IMG/VR virus record: IMGVR_UViG_3300044961_000667 | Direction: 5' to 3' (one strand) | Source: a virus | Lineage: Duplodnaviria; Caudoviricetes | Length of the DNA stretch: 64,000 bases | Shown here: positions 24,801-32,828 of the stretch, in pieces | Numbering within the stretch: the stretch's first letter is position 1 | How the letters are laid out: each line of letters starts with the position of its first letter | Notes under the pieces: generated by a model | Told to the model about the DNA's origin: nothing | Seen by the model: the letters and a program-made list of their open reading frames with translations, nothing else | The model's database searches: none | Position numbers and translations under genes: made by a program

Positions 24801-24855
24801 CGCGACCCTCATTGTCGTGGAGGGTCAGCAGACCGACGATGTCCTTGAGTCCCAT
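18802..24855 (-). CDS. Giant 2017-aa tail fibre/adhesin with eight internal repeats
   Basis: Recurrent F/W-x-x-x-D-(V/I/L/R)-G-(R/K)-x-(I/L/V)…G…G-Y-(R/K)-I motif. Confidence 0.7.
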   Translation of the reverse strand: MGLKDIVGLLTLHDNEGRVEHQGSNLSYLYASRYRTIYQWNNNYAGTAPHVLALPFKMVYLLADDDQSIGHDTFVRGVTNYPDSPTGSTTTMSTVQYAQFRVTGTVGNVPAANIPRVVGGLGAGSAYPGVIASRFGGGDQLVSQVDVPLDYTQIGIVYFHPAHQQGNTVATTAGLSYVTYTNGQFWDFGSTSQHVFSIVRIETGADAGYYFVQNNDLQTNRLWLRNLDGTPFYAQDTASGLLMTAAPGRRAWFNEVGIIPLSVGTVDTAGRYNPRNPAAPYYGDKALRESFIMRFVVEKTGSTEAAVGTEQQGSYSMTLRPFTHGYGALGSAIQDDGFILSDCLFGANGSETIPWLSNFSGGCNGLVLDWDNQRMWFSGTTISNTSALFHWRYKTSEGIREVANYLGNAPQQMLTPTPVMGAGDVVTSMQIGSNFGSGKNWVYVAMFHASGGNAGIIVIKPDLTTLQYGLGDGVPSSVLAGCVIDKTRTRLGTAADASTDGADNVTSASGGFTAADIGRVIKLTGLGADSGTYKISAINSATSVEVQTLVGGAVTFTTQSGGTFEIGDRLYLFFNNNTTGAGKINYMESLAPGTFLTRTVTMTNGANINTRVPGGTGLLYGQPQMCSVDQGTGDVYWLSNDTQQQINKYDVVANTHAFISISNTSLLSPAGGVVQGGANPATNPGTPGVFSAIHVNSKFDDVWVGSDNGIFQIPRSNFAAAAVKRHFGPDNTTYFAGVPLTTGTGNGTTGLSFSTPNMTINATGTPFTAADVGRWIVITGASTAANNGAFPITAFNSSSSVTFTNASGSAQSNYAGTFYVSDKVAPRPDGAYAGSSGNTRYVRAFYEHPDGKMMVYLRPNTNSVGNVGYFSQATQSWAYKGEINPNNSNEAVAFHFDPWGRYFYVHPSAVGSGARYLIAPIEVHYQWDGAKWVPLEHSRESMPLKGNNVPTDGATTSGSATFTGSGFAAADVGKLLRIESGASIGIYRIGVFNSSTSVDLRLLNGKPFSASATAGTLSYTKGGGLFTRPIHSTHQDTMFGVKVRWNRQGGATPPNNEFLGRGGQSRVTATDGSTTSASSTFGGSSFVSGDVGKLLRIESGADADVYKITAFISAASVTLTRMNGRPFSASATAGTLTYSVWDLGTPGSNAGPENITVMLADGLGKDNTQDLSGATYEMFGFKTRFSENFEDKKFVVENPLAVPGSTETKVYYETYARASPQYDAALSHHRALPGAETTNGRQLCDWIQDKYLNNAGGRADMYSSPSADTDWHGRDANSSVMGASVMVDLGKDTEVGFVQIRFKSNTGSGYSFQGLTATFHGLVANLYSAPNSGGTPVASSVVRTSGTANINASGANVTTLTLSSGDFLGAVTTGPNTDGAITAGGNTLVAAASTFVTGDRGKVLKLTAGAGADNGSYRIIAVSLDGSTVTVRNLDQTAKAWGGSASGITYEVRDGVQDEDMIAIPSLGAPTHRLCVDRLLSATSAQVRTGPNATVTNQNYQAVVPTWSLVKRLSFSTEALPPDVKNNGTFFTLNGRNQYDNNDALMYFDLTDLSVAQRTGRWWKWTGIPRFNGDTGQDAAFWWSSFEFYSPSGAKLASSRYTSTDQAQTNADFYFSWLNRVDFLQAANNAMSGVAGFNGNVDLGGASGDTLTLTTGGNKFLGHQVRVPYTDGTTTSPNALNSASAAWVTADVGRFVRFTSGTYSGNFYRIASRVSATQVTLVTPSGGAPALATDAGPMNFTVHEGINAGGTAPDRFAIRRLGAAGDAVTTVGTNQLNSASAAFTDADLGKVVKVTGATADNGGYIIKTVNSSTQVTVSSQLGAAVSFAGGTGGTLEFDSDLREYTIATINDALTTITISENLQPAVTNRPWEIRRPGYDTTSTTTEGSKSARITRPMSTYPLQSGDICQDSRGHYRFFPEDIGSGYARADGSMAGSNGNFVGSGFCSDDVGRLLYVDSGVNKGIYEISVFTSATAITVKNHYTGAAVSFTADAGPVSYRVFGDRRFRLAKYCTGLRA

Positions 24856-24870
24856 TTGAATTCTCGCCCT

Positions 24871-25479
24871 TCAGTAGACCGGGTTCATGCTGAGCTTGTA
24901 CACGACCTCCAACGTCTGAGTCGTGGTCTGCGTCTTGGGCGGCGTCAGGAGCGAGTACGACCAAATGTAAACTGGCCCGAAGTTCACGTCCGTCGACGTG
25001 CCAGTGAAGTAGCTCGTCCAGATGATGCCCAACGTGCGGTTGGATGCTGGCGCCCCGAACGTCGTCGAATACTGCTTGGTGTATGTACTCGGCGTGATGA
25101 CGGGCGTCAGGAGGGACGACAGGAAGGACTGGTTTCCATTCGTCGGGATTGCAGACCTGAAAATGCTCGGAGTCTCCTGGCTCGGAGCAAAGCCAAGCCT
25201 CAGGTTCTGAAGTCCGTTGTCGAACCACGCGCTTCGAGCGATGTCGGTCAGCAGGTTCTCCTGCTTCGTCTGCCACTCCACTTCGCCTGATCGAACGTCT
25301 CGGGCCGTCAGCTCGAACTCGCCCTTCACCTCGAACCCACTGGCCAACACCATCTTGCGATGGGCACTGGGGATCGGACTCCCGAGGTGACTCGGCATTC
25401 GCCCCTGCGCACGCGCCCGGAGGAACGCGTCGACTTCGGCGGGGCCCATCTCCTGCGCGATGTAGGACTTGTTGCTCAT
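24871..25479 (-). CDS. Fibre-anchor/structural protein
   Basis: ENLLTD…LGFAP…YSTTFGAP…KTQTTTQTLEVVYKL resembles fibre N-terminal modules. Confidence 0.6.
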   Translation of the reverse strand: MSNKSYIAQEMGPAEVDAFLRARAQGRMPSHLGSPIPSAHRKMVLASGFEVKGEFELTARDVRSGEVEWQTKQENLLTDIARSAWFDNGLQNLRLGFAPSQETPSIFRSAIPTNGNQSFLSSLLTPVITPSTYTKQYSTTFGAPASNRTLGIIWTSYFTGTSTDVNFGPVYIWSYSLLTPPKTQTTTQTLEVVYKLSMNPVY

Positions 25480-27260
25480 TCCGTCTGAACCACCTTTCCA
25501 GAGTCGACTGGACGATTCGTCGTTCCGTTGGTCACCGACCCGGATTGAGCGCCGCCCGAACCCAGGTTGTTCATATCCGGGTCCTGGGTCGACATCTTCA
25601 CGGGTGCTCGGTTCACGTACGAGAAGTCCTCCAACAACACCTCTCGCATGCCTCCGCCCCAACCCAGGCTGGCGCCTTCCCGGTCGAATCCATCACCATC
25701 GTTACCGAACTGCAAAATCGTCCCGCCGGGCGTGTCTCTGACGAGACCAAACCTGTCGTACAGCACCTCCGACAAGACTCCCGTCCTCATCCCGGTTCGA
25801 CTCAGCGCTTCGGCAAAGTACCCTCGCCCCGAGACCCTGGTGGCGATGGGCACGAAGAATCGGCTGTCGGAGATGGGCGTGGGCGCCGCCATCGCGACGA
25901 CGGCTCCGCCATCGTTGTAGTACGCCAGGTACCCGCCCTCCTCGGAGTCGACAGGTCCGATGACGAAACCGAAGCCGAGCGTCGGATGCTTCAGAAAGGC
26001 CAGCTGCGGGGTGTTCGGCGTCCCCTGGACCACCACCGGCTCCATCCCGCTTCCACCCCACCCAAGGTTGACGATCGTCGGCTCGGTGAGGTTCAGCTTC
26101 ACGGTGCCGAACGTCGTCTGAGTGAAGTCGCTGATCAGCGGCTCGCGCTGTCCACCACCCGACCCAAGCCTCGCTCCGTCGACGTTGTCGACAGACTTGA
26201 TGATGGTGCCCGTGTCCGCGGTGTACGGCATGTTGATCGTCGCCGGGTCGTCGGTCGAGTTCGCCGTCAGCTTGTAGATGCGGTTGCCGGAAACGAAGAA
26301 CACGTAGAGCGTGTCGGTGGCAGCGTCGTAGAGCAGCTCCGGCTGGCCCGTGAGAGACGAGTTGCCGCCACCGACCGTCGTGAGTCGCGTCTCGGAGCCA
26401 AACTGCCCAAATGGCGACTCCTTCACCGCGTACAAGTCCTTGTCGCGCTCGAACACCCACCACCGCACGCCGGCACCCATCTCGGACGTCGAGACCGCCA
26501 AGACGGTGTTCGACGCACTGAGCTTCGTCGTCGTGCTTCGGAGCGCAGCGCGGAAGTACGCGTCGATGAGGTACGCGTGGTAGGGCCTCGCCACGTCGTG
26601 GACCGAGATCTCGTCCAGGAGGCCATCCCAGAACGCCGAGTTCGCTTCCTTCTGGGACCGCCCCACAGAGAACACGGCCGATGCGTTGGCCGCCGGCCCC
26701 GGAACAGGGAATGCCGTCGGGCTGCCATTCAACGTGATGACAGCAGGCGCCTTCTGCACGTTGTCGACGAAGATCTCGACATCGAAGCCTCCGCCATTCA
26801 CCACCCGCCGAACCTGTACGAAGTACGTCTGCCCGGTTCGGATGGTGCCGGCGGCAGTCTGAACGACAACCTCTCCTCCGGCCGCCGTGTGGCGGTACTG
26901 CAGCGCACCGCTCAGCGTCACGTTCAGCGCGTAGAGCGAGTTGTCGCCCGTCGTCGGACCACCACACGAGACGATGCACCTCAGCTGCGAGCCGGCGCCG
27001 TTGTACGTGTTCAACCGCACCCAGCCCATGAGCGTCAGCGAGCCCGTCAACCGCAGAAGCGCTGACGTCACGCTGGCAAACGACGTCGACCCATCGAAAC
27101 GCCTGGCATTGCCGACTCGCCCCGGCAGCGCCCCGTTCGAGTTGGTGACAGCCAGGTTGAGACCGTTGGCGGTCGAGTCGACAGCGGGATCGGTCTCCAG
27201 AGCTTCATCGAAGCCCCAGTACCCAACGACATTCGAGTCGAGCGTGAGCCTCTGGCCCAT
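25476..27260 (-). CDS. LamG/concanavalin-A-like domain virion protein
   Basis: VVGYWGFDE…ARRFDGS…LTLMGWVR…FWDGLLDEISV. Confidence 0.8.
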   Translation of the reverse strand: MGQRLTLDSNVVGYWGFDEALETDPAVDSTANGLNLAVTNSNGALPGRVGNARRFDGSTSFASVTSALLRLTGSLTLMGWVRLNTYNGAGSQLRCIVSCGGPTTGDNSLYALNVTLSGALQYRHTAAGGEVVVQTAAGTIRTGQTYFVQVRRVVNGGGFDVEIFVDNVQKAPAVITLNGSPTAFPVPGPAANASAVFSVGRSQKEANSAFWDGLLDEISVHDVARPYHAYLIDAYFRAALRSTTTKLSASNTVLAVSTSEMGAGVRWWVFERDKDLYAVKESPFGQFGSETRLTTVGGGNSSLTGQPELLYDAATDTLYVFFVSGNRIYKLTANSTDDPATINMPYTADTGTIIKSVDNVDGARLGSGGGQREPLISDFTQTTFGTVKLNLTEPTIVNLGWGGSGMEPVVVQGTPNTPQLAFLKHPTLGFGFVIGPVDSEEGGYLAYYNDGGAVVAMAAPTPISDSRFFVPIATRVSGRGYFAEALSRTGMRTGVLSEVLYDRFGLVRDTPGGTILQFGNDGDGFDREGASLGWGGGMREVLLEDFSYVNRAPVKMSTQDPDMNNLGSGGAQSGSVTNGTTNRPVDSGKVVQTE

Positions 27261-27740
27261 TTACGCCCCCGCGAGGAGGTACGGACCATTCGTGTCGAGG
27301 AAGTTCGGCTCGAACTGGGGGTTCAGGTGGTCCTGGTGGAACACCGTCTTCTCGCGCTTCTGAATGCGCAGCTCGACCCGGTACTTCTTCTGCCACCCCG
27401 CCGCTCCAGCGCCACCCACCACGCAGAAGGACAGATGCTGCTCAGCTGGAACCCAGAAGCAGTTCGGGACGAACTCTTTGCCAGGAGAGAGCTGGAACGG
27501 CATGCAGGCTTCAGGGTTGGCCGGCGCGACCGCCATGGCGTTCGGGTCGGTGCCAATCTCCAGTCCCACCGAGGCAACCTCAGCATCGGCCTCCTTCGTC
27601 AGCCGCAGGAAGGTGCCTCCACCGCAGTTCAGAATCAGGTCGTCAGCCGAGATGGTGCGTTCGACGGACATCCCCGACGCGATGAGCATGCTCCGCAGAT
27701 CGGAGAAGAACAGGGCGACGCTCTGGTAGCTCGACTGCAT
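27261..27740 (-). CDS. Hypothetical protein
   Basis: 159 aa, GGAGG RBS, abuts next gene. Confidence 0.65.
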   Translation of the reverse strand: MQSSYQSVALFFSDLRSMLIASGMSVERTISADDLILNCGGGTFLRLTKEADAEVASVGLEIGTDPNAMAVAPANPEACMPFQLSPGKEFVPNCFWVPAEQHLSFCVVGGAGAAGWQKKYRVELRIQKREKTVFHQDHLNPQFEPNFLDTNGPYLLAGA

Positions 27741-27787
27741 CGGGTTCCTCCGCCAAGGGCTGTTTACCCCAGGAGTCTCAGGCCAAC

Positions 27788-27814
27788 AAGAAAAGCCCCA
27801 GAGGCTCCGGGGCT
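27788..27814 (-). terminator. Intrinsic terminator
   Basis: AGCCCC-GGAGCCTCT-GGGGCT TTTCTT. Confidence 0.65.
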
Positions 27815-27837
27815 GTCGACCAGTCTACACCAGAAGC

Positions 27838-28224
27838 TCAGACAGAGATGGTGACAGTCGGCTCGACGGAGAAGTGACTGCGCTCGACGATGACGTGCAC
27901 GTCGGCCCCCATCATCATCTTGATGTCGTAGACGTAGTCCTGCGGGAAGAGGTTCTGGGTGTCTCCGGGGTCGATCCTCACCTCGAACTTGCCGGGAGTC
28001 GTCGCGTCGCCGTTCTGGGTGATCACGATGCCGAGACCGCCCGTCTTCTTGAAGAAGACCTGATCGACATCCGCATCCGCCTCGACACGCTTCACCCGCA
28101 TCGTGATGGTCGCGTTCTGAATGCTGATGCCGATGTCGACCTCGATCTCCACGACCAGGCTCGTGCCCTGGTACACGGACAGGTCGAACGTCTGAGGCAT
28201 GGCTGGCGGTCTTTTGGTCGGCAT
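27838..28224 (-). CDS. BppU-N-like Ig-fold structural protein
   Basis: FDLSVYQG…G.F.V.I.P.DT..L…YVYDIKM. Confidence 0.65.
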   Translation of the reverse strand: MPTKRPPAMPQTFDLSVYQGTSLVVEIEVDIGISIQNATITMRVKRVEADADVDQVFFKKTGGLGIVITQNGDATTPGKFEVRIDPGDTQNLFPQDYVYDIKMMMGADVHVIVERSHFSVEPTVTISV

Positions 28225-28237
28225 CTCAGCCCTCTCC

Positions 28238-28390
28238 TCAGCGCTTCAGCTTCACCTTCAACTGCACCTTCATCGTCACCTTCACCCGCTTCGGTCCGCG
28301 CTTGATGCGAACCTTCACCTTCTGCGGCTCGAAACGCACAACCCTGGTCCCACCAGATGCACCCAAGCCCTTGGTGATCAGCAGACTCAC
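28238..28390 (-). CDS. 50-aa cationic alternating K/V peptide (not in ORF track)
   Basis: VSLLITKGLGASGGTRVVRFEPQKVKVRIKRGPKRVKVTMKVQLKVKLKR*; GTG overlaps upstream TGA. Confidence 0.6.
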   Translation of the reverse strand: MSLLITKGLGASGGTRVVRFEPQKVKVRIKRGPKRVKVTMKVQLKVKLKR

Positions 28391-28878
28391 GGCGCCTGCG
28401 TCCTCTCGAACACCTCTTCGACGTTCGGAGCCCCGTTACGGTCGAACAGGTTGAACTTCAACAGCGGAGTCACCTGATCGTCGTCGTACATGATCATCTG
28501 CAGCGTGTTCTTGTCGAGCTTCCAGCGGTTCGTCTCGATCTTCCGAAGCAGCGACACGTCGGACACGAGCGAGTTCAAGGTCGGCTGGACGACAAGATCT
28601 TCGCCCATCATCCCAACAACCCCGTTGCCGTCGGTGAGCTTGTACTCGACGACGTACGCACCCGCGGGAAGCGTCGGCCCCGACCACACGTAACGCCAGA
28701 CGTTGGTCACCCCCACCTGGACCAACGACGTGCTCGGCAAGTCCACCGTCTCGGTCACGCCCGCAAGGTGGTAGACGCGGACCAGTCCGCTCACCACGTC
28801 GAGCTTGGCGGCACCACCAAGGCCGAGCGCCACCGCTTCGAGCACCACTTGAGCTGGGTTCGTCGAGACGATGAGCAC
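28387..28878 (-). CDS. Virion structural protein
   Basis: Ig-like N-terminus; C-terminal RWKL…MYDDD..TPL..FNL.D domain shared with 15843-16820. Confidence 0.65.
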   Translation of the reverse strand: MLIVSTNPAQVVLEAVALGLGGAAKLDVVSGLVRVYHLAGVTETVDLPSTSLVQVGVTNVWRYVWSGPTLPAGAYVVEYKLTDGNGVVGMMGEDLVVQPTLNSLVSDVSLLRKIETNRWKLDKNTLQMIMYDDDQVTPLLKFNLFDRNGAPNVEEVFERTQAP

Positions 28879-28960
28879 GCGAGGCAGCCCTCCGTCCCCA
28901 CTCTACGCCCATCAGGCCGAACGCCCAAGCGACTCGGACCCAATGGGCGCAGCTGGTCGC

Positions 28961-29332
28961 TTAGCCGGCGACGCCGATCTCGCCTTCGCCCTGGATCGAC
29001 AGCGACGTGGCCGCGGACGCGCCACCGACCAGGAACTGCGTCGAGTCGATGCGCATCATGCCGTACCAGTCGTACGCGCTGTTGGCGGCAACCGAGAGCG
29101 CCTGACCAACGACTTCGGTGCCAGCGGCGTTCGCGCCGCTCGCACCGAGCCACAACGAGAACGTCACGGCGCCCGCCGTCTTGTTCACGATGCGGATGTG
29201 CCGGAGGATGATGTACATCGGCGACGATCCACCGTTCACGCCGCCAGTGGCCGTCGGCGGGTTGAGGATGTTGGTCGTCAGCGTGTTGCTCATCGCGACC
29301 GGGCCGAAGTTGAAGATCTTGTTGGCTGCCAT
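28961..29332 (-). CDS. Small beta-sandwich structural protein
   Basis: IILRHIRIVNKTAGAVTFSLWL…SVAANS. Confidence 0.65.
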   Translation of the reverse strand: MAANKIFNFGPVAMSNTLTTNILNPPTATGGVNGGSSPMYIILRHIRIVNKTAGAVTFSLWLGASGANAAGTEVVGQALSVAANSAYDWYGMMRIDSTQFLVGGASAATSLSIQGEGEIGVAG

Positions 29333-29370
29333 GGTTCAAAGCTCCTGCGTGTTCGAGATGGACTTGGAAC

Positions 29371-29643
29371 TTACCCTGCGATGTCGCTCAGGGTGAGAAT
29401 GTCTCGCGCGTTGTGCACCGCGGGAGCGCCCAACGAGTCGAGCCGCGCCAGGATGGCCGCGTTGATCTTCGCCTTCTGCTGCGTCTCGGAGTCGGTGTTC
29501 GCCACCACCACTTCGATCGACTCCTGGGCCGTTCCTTGCGCCAGCCCCCAGTAGTCGACCAGCAGCACGATCACGCTCTGGTTCGTCGGGTCAGCCGGGT
29601 TGGGGAAACGGTCGGTGATCTCGTTCACGTACGCAGTCGCCAT
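29371..29643 (-). CDS. Hypothetical protein
   Basis: GAGG RBS before MATAYV. Confidence 0.6.
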   Translation of the reverse strand: MATAYVNEITDRFPNPADPTNQSVIVLLVDYWGLAQGTAQESIEVVVANTDSETQQKAKINAAILARLDSLGAPAVHNARDILTLSDIAG

Positions 29644-29650
29644 GGCTTCC

Positions 29651-29881
29651 TCAGTCAAACAGATCGGACGGTACAACTCCATCGACAGGACGCTCGATCC
29701 ACCCCGTCATCGAGCCGTCGTCAAGCAGCCAATGCGTCGCCGACAGCTGTTGCACACCCTCGGCGAAGAACACCGACATGAGCGGCTCTGGCCCGCCACG
29801 AATCACGACCGCAGGGAACGGGCCCTGCTTGTCATCCCACATCATGAACCACACCATCTGTCCAACCGTCGTCGTCGGCAT
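29651..29881 (-). CDS. Hypothetical protein
   Basis: 76 aa, coupled to upstream gene. Confidence 0.55.
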   Translation of the reverse strand: MPTTTVGQMVWFMMWDDKQGPFPAVVIRGGPEPLMSVFFAEGVQQLSATHWLLDDGSMTGWIERPVDGVVPSDLFD

Positions 29882-32337
29882 CAGTAGTCCGTCTCAATAT
29901 AGAGCCCGAAGAGCGTGTACCCCACAACCGACGACGTACCACCAACCGAGGTGTACCCGTAGAAGTTGAGCGCCGTGGTGTTGCTCGGAATGTCCGTGTT
30001 GACCGAACCCGTAGCCACGGCCCCCGACGTGAGGTTCGTCACCTCGTAGTTGATGGTCGTCGTGTTGGGCGAGCAGAACATCGCCAGCTCGTACACCGCG
30101 GCGCGGTCCGTAGTGGGCACCGCGAACGAATCACCCAGGTCAACCTTGGACGCCGTGCCGGTGCCGTCGTTGTACATAAACTGGATGTTCGTATCGGCCG
30201 CATCCCACCCCATGCCCAGAATGTTCGTCAACGACGACGGCTGCACATCCGTAGGCGCCGCCGTGGAAGCACGGAATCCAGTGAATGCACGATGCGTCGC
30301 AGTCGCCACTCCCGTCGCAGCGCCCCACCGACACACATAATGGAAGCCACCAAGGCCCGCCGCGTTACCCGTCCACCACTGCTGTGCAGCGCCTCGAAAG
30401 CCAGCGACAGCAGTCGTTGCCGCAGTCGTGACGAGGTAGTCGATTCGGCGCATCGACTGATACAGATCGGTCGACGCCCAGTTGGCAGCCGTAGCCGTGC
30501 CGGTGGCCGTCACCGCAGCACCAAAGGCCGAAACCGTCGTGCTATTGCCATTCGGCCGCACGATGGCGATCGCGTTCCGTCCGAAGTGCGGCTGAAGGGA
30601 CGTGCCAAGTCCCGACGGACCCAACTGCGCCGTCATCATCCGGCCGCCGAACTTCCTCGCGAAGACGGTCAGCTTGTCAGTGGCCGGCGTAGTCGGAGAG
30701 GCATCAAGCGACAGCACAGGCGAGCCGCTGGCGGCCACTTCCATCTTCGATGCGCCAGCGAGTGCGCCAGCGTTGTTGTACTGCACCTGGCCCGTCGAGC
30801 CACCAGCGCTTGCCGTGCCGGCTGCTCCAGCAGGACCAGGCGGGCCCATCTCGCCGTCCAACCCGTCCTCGGCGACGAGGAAAATGGCCGGACCAACCGG
30901 ACCAGTCGCTCCCGTCGGACCAGTAGCTCCAGGCGCCCCCGGAGGGCCAGGCTCACCGTCGATGCCGTCTTCGGCAGTCAGGTAGACGGCGGGCCCGACT
31001 GGACCCTGGGCGCCCGTTCCTGCTGGCCCCGTCGGCCCCTGTGGCCCTTGCGGCCCCTGCGGCAACACCCCGAGGTCGATGTACGACGCCGGGTCGTCGA
31101 ACAGCATGTGTGAGCCGGCCGGCGGTCCAGAGCCGATCGCAACATCGGCCACAAAAGCCAACGACGTCACCCCCACCACGATGGTGCCCTGCGTGTTGAG
31201 CCGCCACCGCGTGTGCGCGTTCGATGTGCCTGCGCTCACCGCAACCAGAATCTCCGGAACCACCGACTCCGAAGTCCAGTCGGCCGCGTAGCTCCAAGCC
31301 CCACTGGCGACTACGTAGATGCCGTTGGCAGAGCCCGTCGTCTGATTCTTCAACAACACTCGGTCGCCGGCCGCCAGCGCCACACCATCGATGGTGAGCA
31401 ATCCCGACAACGTACCAACGTTGACGGTCGACGCGGCACGCACGGGGCGAACCATGCCAGTCTGCGCCGACGCAGAACCAGGCAGCGAGTTGAACGCCTG
31501 GGCCGCGGTGGTGAACGGGTTCGTCGCAACGTACGAATACCCCTTCGTCGCCATGACATCGTCGAGGTCGCCCTTCGACGTCACTGGGGCCGTGATGTCG
31601 ACGTACGGCCCCTGGGCAAACGAATCGAGCACCAACGAGCCAGGGACCAGCAACGACAACGCCCCCAGCGACGGGTCCGCCTGCCTGTAGCGGAAAGTCG
31701 GAGTCGCCCCGTTGACAGGCACACTGGGGCCAGCCTCCACTGTCCACGTTCCAGCACCACCAGGATTTGTGAGGTTTCGCCCGTTGCCAGAGCCGTCACT
31801 CAGCATCGAGCCCAGCGACTGCAACGAATAGTACGACCAGAGATTCGTCGTACTAACCGGATCGAGCTGCGTACGCTCCACATCCAGTTCTTCGAGCGTC
31901 AGAGCCCGAGACCACGTCTTGATGCCGGCGGCGTGTCCATCGTTGCCGATGTAGCCGATGCCGAAGAGCGTGCTCGTGAAGTTGGCAACGTTGGTGCCGG
32001 CATTCACCTGCGTAAGGCCAGCCGTCCCATCCTGCATCCAGGCAACAAAGTCCGACGTCCCGTTTCTCACGTACGCAACGAACCACCACGAAGCCGTGGA
32101 GAACGTCGGCGTACTCAGATCGACGATGGCAGCACCACCACTGAAGATGACGGGGTTCAACACCTCCAACCCGAGAGACACCGCCGTCCCGGGGCTGTCC
32201 AGCAACCAGAACTGCGAGTAGTTGTTGTACGTCACCCAGTAGTACCAGCCAGCAATCGTGTAGCTCGCGTTGGCCGGCACAGGCGAGGCGCTCGTGATGC
32301 CATCCGCATTGCTGTTGAAGCGAATCGAGTTGGTCAC
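29881..32337 (-). CDS. Mosaic tail fibre: LamG domain, fibre module, collagen repeats, C-terminal beta domain
   Basis: YTIAGWYY…IKTWSRALT; GDRVLLKNQT…NGIYV; GPQGPQGPTGPAG, GEPGPPGAPG. Confidence 0.75.
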   Translation of the reverse strand: MTNSIRFNSNADGITSASPVPANASYTIAGWYYWVTYNNYSQFWLLDSPGTAVSLGLEVLNPVIFSGGAAIVDLSTPTFSTASWWFVAYVRNGTSDFVAWMQDGTAGLTQVNAGTNVANFTSTLFGIGYIGNDGHAAGIKTWSRALTLEELDVERTQLDPVSTTNLWSYYSLQSLGSMLSDGSGNGRNLTNPGGAGTWTVEAGPSVPVNGATPTFRYRQADPSLGALSLLVPGSLVLDSFAQGPYVDITAPVTSKGDLDDVMATKGYSYVATNPFTTAAQAFNSLPGSASAQTGMVRPVRAASTVNVGTLSGLLTIDGVALAAGDRVLLKNQTTGSANGIYVVASGAWSYAADWTSESVVPEILVAVSAGTSNAHTRWRLNTQGTIVVGVTSLAFVADVAIGSGPPAGSHMLFDDPASYIDLGVLPQGPQGPQGPTGPAGTGAQGPVGPAVYLTAEDGIDGEPGPPGAPGATGPTGATGPVGPAIFLVAEDGLDGEMGPPGPAGAAGTASAGGSTGQVQYNNAGALAGASKMEVAASGSPVLSLDASPTTPATDKLTVFARKFGGRMMTAQLGPSGLGTSLQPHFGRNAIAIVRPNGNSTTVSAFGAAVTATGTATAANWASTDLYQSMRRIDYLVTTAATTAVAGFRGAAQQWWTGNAAGLGGFHYVCRWGAATGVATATHRAFTGFRASTAAPTDVQPSSLTNILGMGWDAADTNIQFMYNDGTGTASKVDLGDSFAVPTTDRAAVYELAMFCSPNTTTINYEVTNLTSGAVATGSVNTDIPSNTTALNFYGYTSVGGTSSVVGYTLFGLYIETDY

Positions 32338-32819
32338 GCCACTGCCTCCAACGTCGCCACGATGTTGGACGGCGACGTGTCAATCGCCGCCGCCTTGGTG
32401 ATCTGAATGTCCAGCAGATCACCAGCCGCGAACGCAACCGTATTGCTCAAGTCGCTTCCGTCGTTCGCCGTCGAAGCCATCGTCACCACCAGCGCCGTCG
32501 CGACACTGTTCTTACGCACGGTGTAGACGACGTTGTTGCCATTCCCAGCGCCAGTATTCTGCCTCACCCGAAGACTACGCAACGTGCAGGCACTCGGAAC
32601 GCGAAACTGGATGGCCGTGGTCGGCGCAGTCTCGTTCTCGAACGATGGCCACAGGAAGCGAGTCGTCGTCGTCGTTGCGATGCTCGCAGCTCCGAACAAA
32701 AAGAGTGCGATGGGGTTAAGCTGGGGCTCCCACCTGGCCGTGGAGGCGTTCCAGGTGAGAACCTGCTTGTCGCTCGCGCTGTCCTGCGCGATCTGCTTCG
32801 GAGCGAGCTTCCCAGCCAT
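32334..32819 (-). CDS. Fibre-associated protein
   Basis: QVLTWNASTARWEP linker plus beta-sandwich. Confidence 0.65.
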   Translation of the reverse strand: MAGKLAPKQIAQDSASDKQVLTWNASTARWEPQLNPIALFLFGAASIATTTTTRFLWPSFENETAPTTAIQFRVPSACTLRSLRVRQNTGAGNGNNVVYTVRKNSVATALVVTMASTANDGSDLSNTVAFAAGDLLDIQITKAAAIDTSPSNIVATLEAVA

Positions 32820-32828
32820 CGCCCCTCC

